Shown here piece by piece: positions 1 through 13,324 of a stretch of 64,000 bases of DNA. The notes under the pieces are model-generated. The model saw only the letters and a program-made list of their open reading frames with translations, had not been told where the DNA came from and searched no databases. The stretch is taken from NCBI GenBank assembly GCA_003427395.1, contig BFEA01000024.1, forward strand, positions 919,277-983,276, written 5' to 3'. A program made the position numbers and the translations under genes. The stretch is from Chara braunii (Eukaryota; Plantae; Charophyceae). Position 1 is the first letter of the stretch. The number at the start of each line of letters is the position of its first letter.

Positions 1-165
1 GAGGATAATTAATAATAGTTTATCCCTCACATCCTCACGGTTGAAGCAGCCGAGCGATGGTGTTCAAGGATTCCAGGGTCAACTTCGGGCTCAAGGTCCA
101 ATATTTCATCGTATCGGTGTATTAGTTGTCGGGGAAGGGAACGTCCTCAGTTTGCGCAACTATAC

Positions 166-3100
166 TTGCACGATCCTCAACATTTGGACGATGCGATTGA
201 TCAAAGGGTAGATTTTCTTAACTTACCTGCACGTACATCTGATGCCGAACTTGATCGAGCGAAACACATATTGAGAAGGTTTCACGAATTGCTACAACAA
301 TGTAACAATTACGTGAAGGATTTTATGACGGTTGCTGACCTTCCACAGGAAGCCTTGAATGGGAGAAAGTTGGTCATAAATCCGGACGCCATGCCTGAGG
401 AGGAACATGCAAGGCGTTATAATTGTCCTATGGGTCTACATGAGGTGTGTGTTCTGATGGCCGATGAACTCCTTCCTCGTGAGCTCGAGATTCGTTTGCG
501 TGCTCCTCTTCCTGGTGGACGACAGACAGTTGTGGCTACGGAATGTTCTCGAGCGCACGACTGCTTAAGTTTTTTTTACTTTTCCCGGAGGGAATTGATA
601 GTTGGTCTGTCCAACGTGCCTCGGAGGCTGGATGGCCGCCGGGACTTAGTGCCAAGGAGTACTATGCATTTCCCCTTCACGAGCGCAATGGTGAAAGGCC
701 TTGCCTCCTTTATGCAGCACGTCTCTTCCACGAGTTTTGTTGCATGGCGTACGCTAAAGTTGAATCCCTCCGTTTAAAATGGGTGAGATTCCATCAAAAA
801 GAATTGCGCTCAGAGTATTATCAGGATTTACGAGACGCTGTGCAACAAAATCAACGTGGTGACGGTATTGGGACAAAAGTGGTTTTACCGTCAACGTTCA
901 CCGGGGGGCTCCGATATATGAGTGAAAGATATCACGGCAGCATGACAATTGTGAGACGATTCAAAAAACCGGATTTTTTCAACACTATAACGTGCAACAC
1001 TAACTAGCCGGATATCAAACAAGCCCTGTTGCCAGGTCAATGTTCTAACGACAGGCCAGATCTTCTCACGCGAGTGTTCAAAGGTTATCTTGCACAGCTA
1101 GCTGATTGATGAGATAAAAAACAAACGGATCTTTGGTAGGGTGAGCGGAATGTTGTATGTAGTGGAGTTTCAAAAAAGGGGTCTACCGCACGCACATATA
1201 TTGTTTATCATGCATCCGGATGATAAAATTCAGCATGTGAACGTTGTTGACAATGTGGTGTATGCCGAGATTCCTCCGGAAGGGCAATTGAGAGAAAAGG
1301 TAGCCAAGTTCATGTTGCATGGGATTTGCGGTGCGGAGAAACGCGACGCTTCGTGTACGGAGGATGGAGAATGCACAAAAGGGTTTCCGAAAGACTTCAT
1401 TTCCACAACAACATTCAAAGACGAACAAACGTACCCTTCGTATAGGAGAAGGAAACCAAGTGACGGTGGTTTTACAATTGTTCAAATTGGTGTCGTTTAC
1501 GACAACCGTCGTGTGGTCCCGTATAACCCGTACTTGCTAATGAGGTTTAATTGTCACTTGAATGTTGAATATTGTGCTAACATCAAGGCGTGCAAGTACG
1601 TGTATAAGTACGTGTACAAAGGCTGCGATCGTGCTATGGTTTGCGAGCAGGATAATAATGCGTCGATCAACGAAGTTAAATTGTATCAAGATATGCGTGT
1701 TGTAGGTGCATGCGAAGCATGCTGGCGTCTATTTGAGTTTGACATTGCGGAACAATGGCCCGAGATGGAAAGACTGCCGGTGCATCTAAAACATGCAAAA
1801 AGTGCAATTCGAACCCGACACTGAGCATGAGGTTATTTCGCATGAACCCCCGAAAACGAAATTGACGGCATGGATGAAACACAACTCTTTGAATGAAGGT
1901 GGTCCTAAAGAGGAGCTTCCTCTTTACGCAAAAATCGTTAATACTCATGTGTGGGATAACAAACATAAGAAGTAGAACCGAAGAAATCGTGATCTCCACG
2001 GTGGTCCCTTCGAAAAAATATCTTGGTTGCATCACGTGAGGATCACCGAAGGGGAACGATTCTATATTCGCGTGTTGCTAAACCGCGAACATTCTCGTGC
2101 GGTGCGCTCTTTTGCCGAAATTCGTACGGTGGACGGAGTCGAATACGATTCTTTCCGATCCATGTGTCTTCAATTGGGCCTTTTCCAAACAGACGATGCA
2201 TACGATCAATGCATAGTCACAGCCGCTGCGCATTACATGCCTGAAGAAGTTTGTAAACTATTTGTTATGATTCTTGCGTTTGGTCCGGTGAACGATCCTG
2301 TCCGTTTCTTCGAACGACATTGGGATAAAATGTGCGATGGTTTTCAATATCGCGTAGGCAATGAAATTGTTCCCCCAAACATTTTGCAGTCGTTAGTGTT
2401 ATTCCATCTTTGACTGTATTTTGCAAGAGTCAGGAAAAAACATCCGTCAGTTTTGCCTTTATTATGCAACACCCGACGGAGAAACAATTTCTAAGAACAT
2501 AACGAGACATTACGAGAACAGAACTGTATCCTCGATTTTAAACGACGAGTTGTCGTATAATCCTATTCTAATGCAACGCAGATATGAGTTCAATTTTCGA
2601 CGCCTTGGTTCACGTCAACGAGTGTTAGTGGAAAGAGTCGTTCGGCCTGTGCAAGAGAAAAAACCGTTGCGTGCTTTTGAGTAAGCACCGGCTGGAACAC
2701 GAAATACTTTTTGCATTGAAACGATTTTGGCGGGCATCAGGTCGCATTCTGCCATTGCACTGGCCGTCGCGTCCAGTGGCATAGAGGCGACTCTTTTGAC
2801 GGGGGGTCGAACGTTTCACTCACGATTTCGCGCACCTTTAAAATTTGATAGCACGCGTCCCTTCTTTATTGCGAAACAAAGTGATCTTGTGGAGCTTATC
2901 CGCCGTGCCGACTTGATTGTTTGGGACGAGGCTCCGATGAGTAACAAGTTTCACTTGGAAGCTCTTGACATCACGCTTCGAGACCTCTGTAACAATGACG
3001 AACCATTTGGTGGGAAAGTTTACTTCTAGCTGAGGATTTCTCACACTATTGTGAAATACGGAACGTGAGCGCAACAAATTGATGCGTCCATGAAAATGTC

Positions 3101-3970
3101 TTCTTTGTGCAAACTTTTTGAGGTTCATCAACTAACCGAAAATATGTGAATCTTAAGCTTAGGGAATGATGAAATGACACGAATGTATGCCCAATTTTTT
3201 ATGCGTATTGGGAATGGTGATCATCCTCGTGTTGTTCCTAATGAACCTGCTGCGGTCAGATTGCCACGTGAGATTTGTACGGATAAACTAATTAATGAGT
3301 TGATTTCATGGACGTTTGATGATGTGTCGAACCGTGTGGGGGATGCCGAGTATTTCTTGCCTCGATTAATTCTATGCCCTACAAATGATGATGCCGGTTC
3401 TGTTAACAACCGTGTTCTTGACGACTTTCCTGGGAGGTGCGTGACTTTTTTAGCGTTGATTATCCTGAATCGGATGATACCGACTTTGGTATTGAGCGAG
3501 AGTTCTTAAACGCTCTCGACGAATCTGGCTTTCCACCTCACAAGCTGCGCTTAAAAATTGGTGCGCCTGTGATGCTTTTGCGGAATTTGTCACCGAAGCA
3601 AAGACTTTGGAACGGTACAAGGTTGATTCTGAAGAAGATCGTTAATGATGATTTGTTGGAAGTGACAATAATGCACACGGGTAAAACAACGTTGATCCCC
3701 AAGATTGATCTGACAAGCGATGGTGAAACAACGGGGTTCAAATGGTTTAGGAGGCAATTTCCAGTCTGTCTTGCTTTTGCTGTAACGATTAACAAGTCGC
3801 AAGAACCAACCGTATCGCGTGCTGGGGTTTGGCTATGGAAACCGGTTTTCACGTATGGCCAACTGTATGTTGCTTTGTCGCGTGTTGGCCATCCCAACAA
3901 CATTCGTGTTGCGTTGCCTGATAAGAATTTTTTAACGAAGAACATTGTATATCATGAACTTCTTGGATGA
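166..3970 (+). pseudogene. Helitron Rep-helicase (HUH replication initiator + PIF1-family helicase), frameshifted with stops
   Basis: Motifs spread across consecutive ORFs: VVLPSTFTGG..YM, KPDFFNTITCN, VEFQKRGLPHAH (HUH), VVPYNPYLL, KYVYKYVYKG (Y2), VASSGIEATLL, IVWDEAPM, PFGGK, LCPTN, GAPVMLLRNL, RRQFPVCLAFAVTINKSQ, GQLYVALSRV. Confidence 0.93.
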
Positions 3971-5857
3971 GTCTTTTTTTTTTTCCATCGAATCTTGGCA
4001 TTCCAAATAATTCTGTCATATTCTTTCTTTGCAGACGATTCCCGAATGCCGCATAAGTACGACACTCGTGCTAAGAGGAAAGCAATGGGAAACAACAATA
4101 CCACTCAATATGATATGAATGTTACGTTAAAACCTGGAGGCGAACATTCGGAGAGGTCGAAGAAAAGTGAAAATAATGAGAGGTCGGTGAATCTTGAAAG
4201 TGAACATCCTCGGGACGATCATCATGTTCTTGGTGAGGGGTTGAATGTCGATGTTCGCGAGGGAATACCCTTGATGATGTTGAGAATACGGTTGTGGAGG
4301 TGGGTGGTGACGATTGTCGTGCCAATTTGGATGGTTCGCGTAAATGTTAGTCGGGTGGGCCTCGTAACCTTACATTTGCCGATGATGAGGATGATACCGT
4401 TACGGGCGATTCAAAAGAAGACTGTGTTCAATCTATTTTCAAGAGGAAAAAGAGTCGTGGTGCGAAAACAAATCTTTTGGATTCCCCCTAAGTGGCGAAG
4501 CCTACTTTGGTTGATAATCGGGTGAGAGGGCAACCTGTTGTTTATGAAACGGGAACTCAAATCGTTAGAGCGTTGAATGCACTACCTGATGATGCACTTT
4601 TATCTCTTCTGTTTTGTGCACTGCTTGTTGGTCGTGCATGTGTTCATGATTCGAGTTCGCAATCTCAACGCAGTGGGCAGGAAAGACATGTTTGCGCCAC
4701 AGCGCAACCACAAAATCCTCCGGGGGTTATTCTGTTGCCCGATAATAACTATGCACCCACAATTAGCACTTCGAATCCGCGCGCTTACCTTACTAGATGG
4801 TTTGACGATGCGAAAAAGGTTGACATCCAAAATGTCTTGACTGAGGTGTTTTTTGAAACATTTGTCAAAAGTGCCACAGTCGTGAAAGATTGACGAATAT
4901 GGGAAAACTTCTTGGAGTGGAAAAGAAACAAACTCACTAATATGCGGTTGGAACGACGATTCCCTCTTCCATCAGACCCGTTGAATATTTCGGATTTGGA
5001 GGCTTCTTCCATGTTGCAATCACTTTTGAACGATGAGTTCATCGCTCTGTTTAATGAGGAGTTTACTAGGATGACATTTGATTTGCCGCATTGTCCGACA
5101 GAAGCGACCATTCCCCAAGCCTTTCACAAATATGCACGAACACAGCAGCTTCTCAAAAGGATTCTTCCCGTGGTTGCTTCTTCCACTCCTCATTTCGCTC
5201 CGGTCCGTGGACTCCCCCTTCAAGCAGCATCTCCTTCAAATTTTCAACGTCTTGCAGATTATGCTTCGCCGTCCAATATGTCAACGCCGATTGTCACTAC
5301 TTTTGTTGTTGTTTCTACTTTGCCGGCCGCTACGGCTACTCCGTCTCTTGTCAGTTGTATTGTGTCCGCTCATACGCCCTCAAGAGACCATCTGCATGTC
5401 CATACAGGATCATTGGAACAATCAAGTTCTTCTAATTTTAACATTACCATGTACGACTCTGTTGAATCTATTGGTATGAAAAAAACACTTGCACACCTGT
5501 CCTATCTTGACAGTTCAGCAGCGGAATTGAATACGAGTATGAACACTTGGAGATGTGTGGATGCTGCGATTCATCTCGATTACAATCGGCAAAGACAGGG
5601 TCGATTTAAAACTTCGAGGAGTATCGTCGCAAAGTGTTGCAACGAGTTTCTGTTCGTGAGGTGTTGCAAGACTATCGTTCGAATGAAGGTAGTTGATTGG
5701 TCTTATAAGAGAGATAGGAAGACAAAGATGTTGATTGGGCGGTTGTCCGGGCGTTGCCTTAATGACAAATTCTTAGATGGTTATCTTCGGTTTCAATTAC
5801 GTAATTGCTCCTACAAGAGAGATGGGAAGGGAAAGACAAATAAATAAGCGGGGAAGG

Positions 5858-6305
<448 letters not shown>

Positions 6306-6463
6306 CATCTTTATCTTTTTTTTTCTTTTTTTCTTTGTCTACCTCTATCTCTCCTCGACCTTTCTCTTACATTTTTTTTTTTCTATTCGTTATTTTTTTG
6401 ATTCGTGAATTAAAGTTGGACTTTGTTGTCAGTTACTCTTATTTCTGCGGGCGTGGCCCACAC

Positions 6464-6489
6464 CGCCCGCACCGCGGGCGCTTAGCTAA
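6464..6489 (+). other. Helitron 3' terminal GC hairpin and CTRR end
   Basis: Perfect 7-bp stem CGCCCGC/GCGGGCG with a 3-nt loop, 5 nt upstream of CTAA|T. An alternative pairing with GCGGGCG at 6447-6453 is possible. Confidence 0.8.
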
Positions 6490-7457
6490 TCTTTAATTAA
6501 AGAATATTTAAATTTGCACAAATAACAATGAATAAAGTTTAAGCAAGTTTAAACATTTAAACATAATTTCAATAATTTCACGAAATTTTCATCGGAAGAA
6601 TTTAACATCAGCACGAGGTCACTCATTAAGTAGAAGATGAATGGTAGCAAGAAGATACACAATTTGCTAGAAGATTCAACCGTTCAAATGCAAAAAGATG
6701 CAGTTTGCAAAAAGTGAAAGTTCCGTGAAGTTGCAGTTTGGATATGGCCGTGCTCAGGCCCGATCTGCCTTGATTGGGGCGGTGCCTGACTGACACTTAC
6801 TTCGCATAGGTTAGATAGGCCGTTTAGATTAGGTTAGGAATAACCCTAATTAGCGCTAATTAGGTTGCTCGTAATTAGCAATTTCCTAATTGCGCGATAT
6901 GGAGAAAAGTCGCAAAACCTAAAATTTAACAACCTAATTACTATGAAAGTACGAGAGAAAAGAAAAATTTTTGCAACTTGCGATTTAATAATAACAGAGT
7001 GCAGATATAGATGATCAATCAATCAATTAACGGTGAGTCATCCAATGTTGGTCTGCTCCGATACCAAACTGTTGCATACTCGTGAAACACAGTCATAAGT
7101 ATGGCGCAGATTCCCAGAACCGACCAGATAATACAAAGTTAACACAAATGCAAGCGGAAGACATGAGATACCTTTGGACTGACTTGGACCTGACTCGGAC
7201 TGCAATCGAACACTCTCAAACATTCATCAGGGGTGTGAATGCCCTGGCCTCCGACATAGACGAAAGGCCAGGGACTAAGATCATCCACGGAAAAGGGAGA
7301 GAGGGAGAGACGAAAGGAGGAGAAGAGGGAAGATGACGTCAACTCAATGTCTCCAAAGATAGTATCTTGAAATGTCAGAAGTGACGAAAATCCGAAATGT
7401 TGCGAATGCCAAGTCTCACAATATCTCAGATATCGATCTCACAATGTCAAGTACATC

Positions 7458-7747
7458 NNNNNNNNNNNNNNNNNNNNNNNNNNNNNNNNNNNNNNNNNNN
7501 NNNNNNNNNNNNNNNNNNNNNNNNNNNNNNNNNNNNNNNNNNNNNNNNNNNNNNNNNNNNNNNNNNNNNNNNNNNNNNNNNNNNNNNNNNNNNNNNNNNN
7601 NNNNNNNNNNNNNNNNNNNNNNNNNNNNNNNNNNNNNNNNNNNNNNNNNNNNNNNNNNNNNNNNNNNNNNNNNNNNNNNNNNNNNNNNNNNNNNNNNNNN
7701 NNNNNNNNNNNNNNNNNNNNNNNNNNNNNNNNNNNNNNNNNNNNNNN
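7458..7747. other. Assembly gap
   Basis: Run of N. Further gaps at 11931-12065 and 30570-30724, and a 5-N break at 37722-37726. Confidence 1.
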
Positions 7748-8639
7748 AGAGGAGAGGAGGGAGAGAAGGCGAAGCCTTCCTCCCTGGTACCTGGCTATGG
7801 CGCTGCAAGGGGTTGGGCCGGTAACTGGCGCTGCGCCCAATGCTGCGCTAACCTCCTCGCCAGTGGACTCTCGCTCGCTCGCTGCTCCTCGCTGTGCTGC
7901 AGCGCTGCGCTAATCGAGCTAACGCCGGGCTTCCACGCTAATCCTGCAGACTAACCTCGTCCATACTAACTCTCCCTACGGAGGCTGGTACCCAGCCTTT
8001 GTAGTGCTGGGCCCGCCTCCTACCTGCTGGTACCTACCGGCCTGGACTGTTGATCTGAATCGACGGTCCAGATTCAAATTGGGTTTGGCGCCAAAATGTG
8101 GCAGCCTCTGAAACGCCGCCGGTAGGTCCTAGGCTGGACCGGTACCGGCCTTGTGGCCGTTTGGCCTGGGCCTCTACCCTAGGCCTGCCTGAACCGCCAT
8201 GGTCCAGGCCCATCTGGGCCTCATCTGAACCGTCGTCCCTTAGGCCTACCCTGCCTGTCTGGAACCGGGCCCTAACTGGGGCCCGTGTGGCTCAGAATGC
8301 CACACTCCTTCTCCTTCATCTCGTCCCTTTCCCCCATCTCTCATCCGTGGCATCTCCCCATGAATGTGTGTGAACACTGTGAAGGAGGGACCTTTCTTCT
8401 GTGATTGCGGTCCCTCCTCCCCTCTCACCGGTGTGATGTATGATGGATGCCGGGTCAGTCCAGATCAGATCAGATCTTCTCTTTAAAGTTTTCCGCTGCG
8501 CCACTTTGTGCCATCTTGTATGTATCGGAATGTACATTGCATGTTGATGCTAAGCTGACCTTGCATTGTCCATTTCAGTCCTTTTCATCAGATTGCGGAT
8601 CCTTGGCTCCCTACGCGTTGTCCCATTGGGCATGCGTCA

Positions 8640-9169
8640 ATACAGCAGCGCAGCTAGGCTATGGCTGCCTGCTACTTCCAGCTCGCCCGTGAGCGCGTGA
8701 GCCTGGCAGGCGATAGCGCAGCAGCGCTTGCGCACAAAGCACCCAGTGCCCGAATGTCCAATGCGTAGGCAGGCCCTTCCCTATATCGAAGTGGTCTGCG
8801 GCTGCGTGCTGTGCTGCGGTACTGGGCCCCGGTCCAGAAGCTTCCGGTAGGCCCAGGGAGGCTGAGCCTCATTCCGAAGTCAACAGGCCCAGGGCCTGTG
8901 GTGGTTACAAGCACCCAACTGCCCTCAGCTTTTGTTCGGTCCACTTTGTGTATCCGGCCCAGGACCTGCCTCAGTTACATGCAATGCAAGGCAGCCTGGG
9001 CCTGGGCGCTTCCAACCAACTGGCACTGCACAACTGCCTGAATTTCCCCAGTTGCGTAGTAGTCCAAAATAGGCCTCTTGAGGTCTGTCGAGCCTGCCTT
9101 CACTGAGGGCGCCCGACGCTTGTTGCAAATAGGGGCCCAGTAGGGCTTATCGAGGCCTTGTGCCTCGCA
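8640..9169. repeat. Dispersed repeat copy 1 (probable LTR segment), homologous to 63015-63544
   Basis: Colinear similarity, e.g. ccagaagcttccggtag..gaggctgagcctca and caaccaactggcactgc..aactgcctgaatttccccagttgcgt. Both copies end in gaggccttg(t/c)gcct(c/t)gCA. Confidence 0.8.
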
Positions 9170-9177
9170 CTATATAT

Positions 9178-9255
<78 letters not shown>

Positions 9256-9344
9256 ACATACCTGTTGAGTGCTGGAGGCAGCCACAGCTGGCATATATAC
9301 AACTTGACACGGGTTCATCATTCTTTGATTTTTTATTATTATGA

Positions 9345-9853
9345 ATTTTTGTGTTTTTTGTTTTGTTTTGTTTTGAAAAGGCCCAACCAATTCAATCACC
9401 TGTCAAATCTGGACAGGACGGCCTTTCAGGCCTTTTTTATTGTCATTATAGTATTATGGGGAACCACGTAGCAGCCACATCCCTGCTCAAGCCTCCAACC
9501 AGGGAGCGGGAGCTGCACCCACCAGCAGGTGGGATACCTGCTACACATCCCTGCTCAAGCCTCCAACGAGGGAGCCGGAGCTGCACCCACCAGCAGGTGG
9601 GATACCTGCTACAGCAGCTGGGCTATACCGGCCAACCAAGCTTCTTCGATGGGCCAGTCACTGTGCCTCCCCTCCGGTCCCCTCCCCCTATGAACATCAG
9701 CAGTCTCTGCTCAATGCCACTTGGGCGGACCAACAGGGTATCTCTAGGTGGCAGGCGCCAAGCTTGCCCAGGAAGGTGCATGAGGCCAATGGGGATTGAA
9801 CCCAAGACCTCCTGAATGCCACTTGCGTGCCTTGCCAACTGACCTAGGCCGCT
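9345..9853 (-). mobile_element. tRNA-derived SINE
   Basis: Minus strand starts GCGGCCTAGGTCAGTTGG (A box, 9846-9835) ... GGTTCAATCC (B box, 9802-9793). The body has a 68-bp tandem duplication (9476-9611) and ends in a (CAAAA)n A-rich tail at 9375-9345. Confidence 0.7.
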
Positions 9854-10728
9854 GGATATGATTTGTTTTTGACATGTGAATCACTGCCTAGATTTATATA
9901 CTTCATCATTCCATTGAAATTCCCTCGCCAACCGGCAACAACGGACAGTACACACCGAAGTCTGTGCACACCGTTAACAAAAAGCCGGGCGCACACCAAT
10001 GTCACGCGCAAAAATCTTTCAGGTCGTTCCAACCATACGCCTGCCACCAGCCGAAAAGAGGTCGCACCCACCAATTCAAAGCAACGCCATGTCAAAACGG
10101 TCGCTATAAAAAAAATCATTCGACCCCAACCTGGTCCACAGCAGCCACAGTAACCAGAATACGCCGGTGAAGCATAAATCCAAAACCGTCCATTTCCTGC
10201 CAGTAGTGCGCTTGGCATCCCCATTGACAGAGTTTTCCGTCTCCAGCTTCTCTCGAGAACATTCGCTCTCCGTTACCACGATACAATTCATGCCCTGCTT
10301 GAGCAAAGCTCCTCACGCACCCCGCATATCACCGCCACTTCACCTCGGCTCACGCACTCCCAGAGCAGTGAGCACACATACACGCACTCGACGACTGCAC
10401 TCTGTCACCCTCTCGCTGACAGCTCACACACTCCGTCTCGACACGCTCGTGCACACACGCCCACATACTACCTCCAACCCTCCCTGCCCCAGCCCCTCGC
10501 CCTCTGTCATTCATTTTTGGAGCGCCCCTGCGTTTCCTCGACTTGCATGTCTTCTGCACCAACCAGGAAGACGTGCGTGCACATTCGTTAGAGGACAAGC
10601 GGACATCTCATCTAAAACTCCCAGACCCAGACCTTGTGCAGGTTGGGGGGTATTTACACCCCCAGAATTAACTCTCCAGTGAAACCCTTGTAAACCCCAA
10701 TTGAAAAACCCTCCCCCCTCCCTCTCAA

Positions 10729-11549
10729 TCAATGGTCCTCGCCCTCTGCCTCTTCCGCCGTCGTTCCATCATCTCCCTTGGGAACATCGTCACCTCCGTC
10801 ATCTTGCAAATCCGACGCCCAGAGAGTAAGGTTGTCCCGAAGGAGTTGCATAATGAGGGTGCTGTCCTTGTAAGACTCCTCGCTCAGCGTGTCGAGCTCA
10901 GCAATTGCCTCATCAAATGCCTGCTTCAACAAATGGCAATCCCTTTCCGGGGAGTTCAGGATCTCGTAGAAGAACACACCGAGAAGTTCAGCGCCAATCC
11001 AAGACGAATGGGATGCGTGGGGGCAAGATCGACCATTTGCAATCTCGGATGCACTCGTATAAGCAATAAGGGAGTTCTCGGCTGCCTCTTTCCTCTCATT
11101 CCCACTCTTGAACTCAGCGACATACCGGTAGCAATCGCCCTTCATCTTGAAGTAAAAGACCTTCGACTCTCCCGTATCCGAGGATGGGATCAGATTTTCG
11201 TCGATGACATTCAAAATGTCATTGCCAATGCTGGAGAGCTCCTGCTCTACTTCGTGCCTGTACTCCTGGATGCGTTTCACATTCTGCTCACTTCCCTTGT
11301 TGCCCTCCTTTTGTTCAATCGAGGACATAATACGCCATGAGGCCCGACGAGCTCCAATGACGTTTTTTTGTATTCAACGGACAACTGGTTCCGCTCCTCG
11401 AAAAAAAAAAAAAGGTTCCGCTCCTCGACCGTCTCCACATCGAGCTTCGCGACTTTCTTCACAGGATCCACCATCTCATCGTAACGCTCTGCCTGCTCGG
11501 CGAGCTTGGCCATGTACACTCAATGCTCACGGCTGAGCTCCATCACCAT
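10729..11549 (-). pseudogene. 14-3-3 protein processed pseudogene
   Basis: [72 protein letters not shown] are all present with no introns. In-frame TGA near the start (MVMELSREH*), frameshifts, and a poly(A) insertion at 11401-11413. Confidence 0.93.
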
Positions 11550-11808
11550 TCGCTTCTTGGAAACGATTCCTCACGTGAGGACGTCGGAAGCTTGACCCGC
11601 GCGCACCAACGAGTACGTGATGACAGGAAAACGGTGGACGAAGACAGAGAAAGGCGAGGATGGAATGGGAATGAGCTGTGAGCGATGAAGAAGCTAGGCG
11701 AGAGGAGTACTACAAAACGAGCAGCCTAGGTAAATACACCGCGCTTAATGGACGGCGAAAGAGCTGCGCCGTACCGTGAGTCCAATAGGTACCCAGGAAC
11801 GTCAGCCC

Positions 11809-12161
11809 AACGCGTTCCACTCTTGATTTGAAATAATATCTTTCGAGTTTTTCATGTTGTGGTCCTTTTGTATCTCATGTCTGAAGGTTGGAGTGACGAT
11901 TTATGAACGCGTTCCACTCTTGATTTGAAANNNNNNNNNNNNNNNNNNNNNNNNNNNNNNNNNNNNNNNNNNNNNNNNNNNNNNNNNNNNNNNNNNNNNN
12001 NNNNNNNNNNNNNNNNNNNNNNNNNNNNNNNNNNNNNNNNNNNNNNNNNNNNNNNNNNNNNNNNNCGCGTTCCACTCTTGATTTGAAATAGTAATAACTT
12101 TCGAGTTTTTCATGTTGTGGTCCTTTTGTATCTCATGTCTGAAGGTTGGAGTGACGATTTG
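11809..12161. repeat. ~97-bp tandem repeat spanning a gap
   Basis: Unit cgcgttccactcttgatttgaaa... starts at 11811, 11908 and 12066; true copy number is hidden by the N run. Confidence 0.75.
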
Positions 12162-12411
12162 TGAGCTTGCATGGACATGTAATTTGGCGTGACTTGGCGA
12201 CATCATTGCGCAAACGTCAAATTGAACACAAATCGAGCCAAAGTTTCCTCCGTCAGGGCCGATCAGATGATTGGCATTTTCACATTAACCACGTCAGCAA
12301 GTGAAAGAGGTTTTCACCTCCACAGTGCTCACACTCAAAAGAAGAAGGGCAGGGGTGGAAGGGAGGAGAGCATGAAACTGGGGAAAAAAACAGGCAAGTG
12401 TCCACACGCAC

Positions 12412-13082
12412 CAGATTCCTTGAGCATGTTCCAAGACAGGTCCAATATTTGGAGGGTGCGGTTTGTGCGCAACATCTCCCCCATAGCACATCCCCCAAGG
12501 TCGCCAATCCTATTTCCCCACAACTCCAGCTCTTGCAACGTTTGTGACCCGCCCGACAAAGCAGCTGCAATTGCAACAGTGCCCTCATCTTCAATTTCAC
12601 ACTTGCAGAGAACGAGCCTTCTAAGCCATGGCCTGTGTGGCAGGCCGAAGACAGTGTCCCTTGGAGTGACAACTCGCCTTTGTGACTTGGCGGAGCGGGT
12701 TCGCTGCAGTGATCCAATGGCCCGGCGGCTACGCGGTCCTTCTTTGCTCTCTGCCACGTACTCCTTACCCCCTGAGCTGAAAGCCAATGATGCCTCGAGG
12801 TCTGTGAGAAGTTCCACCAGATCAGGAGACAGGCCTGTGGTGGTTGCAGGAGTGGATGACTGTGTCCAAGTGAAGGAACAGTCTAGAAGGGTGGCAATTG
12901 TCTTGGCACCTCTGGGGCCAATAGGATTCCGGGACACGTCCAGGTCTGTCACAGTATGGTTGCGTGCAAGGGCAACCACAAACATTCGGGCACAATGCTC
13001 GTCTAGGTTGTTGTCCTCCAGATCAAGGCTGCGTACCAGTCTATTCACTCGAAGACACCAGGCCAAGGCTGCACCATTACGC
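12412..13082 (-). CDS. Internal coding exon of an LRRC74-like leucine-rich-repeat (RNI-like) protein
   Basis: LRR units (RSLDLEDNNL, TDLDVSRNPI, QELELWGNRI, QILDLSWNML) in an open frame, bounded by acceptor ttacAG| at 13084-13083 and donor |GTGCGT at 12411. Confidence 0.8.
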
Positions 13083-13291
13083 CTGTAATGCAACCCAGCC
13101 GAATAGAAAAGAACAAACCATGACCATGATCAATTGCTCTTTTATCTAGGTCATTGATGGATGAATGTCTTGCAAGAAAAGGCTGAATCAGTGAGCTGTC
13201 TTACTGAGACAGCATGACTTAAATTTTAGGATTTGATCTGGTTGGAGGTCGGACTTTGACTTCTGTTCAAAATTTGGAGAGGGAAGTTTTC

Positions 13292-13293
<2 letters not shown>

Positions 13294-13324
<31 letters not shown>

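Noticed and set aside
9780-9853. Functional tRNA gene
   Set aside because: Acceptor and anticodon stems do not pair properly and there is no T-run terminator; better explained as a SINE head.
11809-12161. Tandem repeat as a biological satellite or CRISPR-like array
   Set aside because: No unique spacers, and the copies flank an N gap, so an assembly artefact cannot be excluded.
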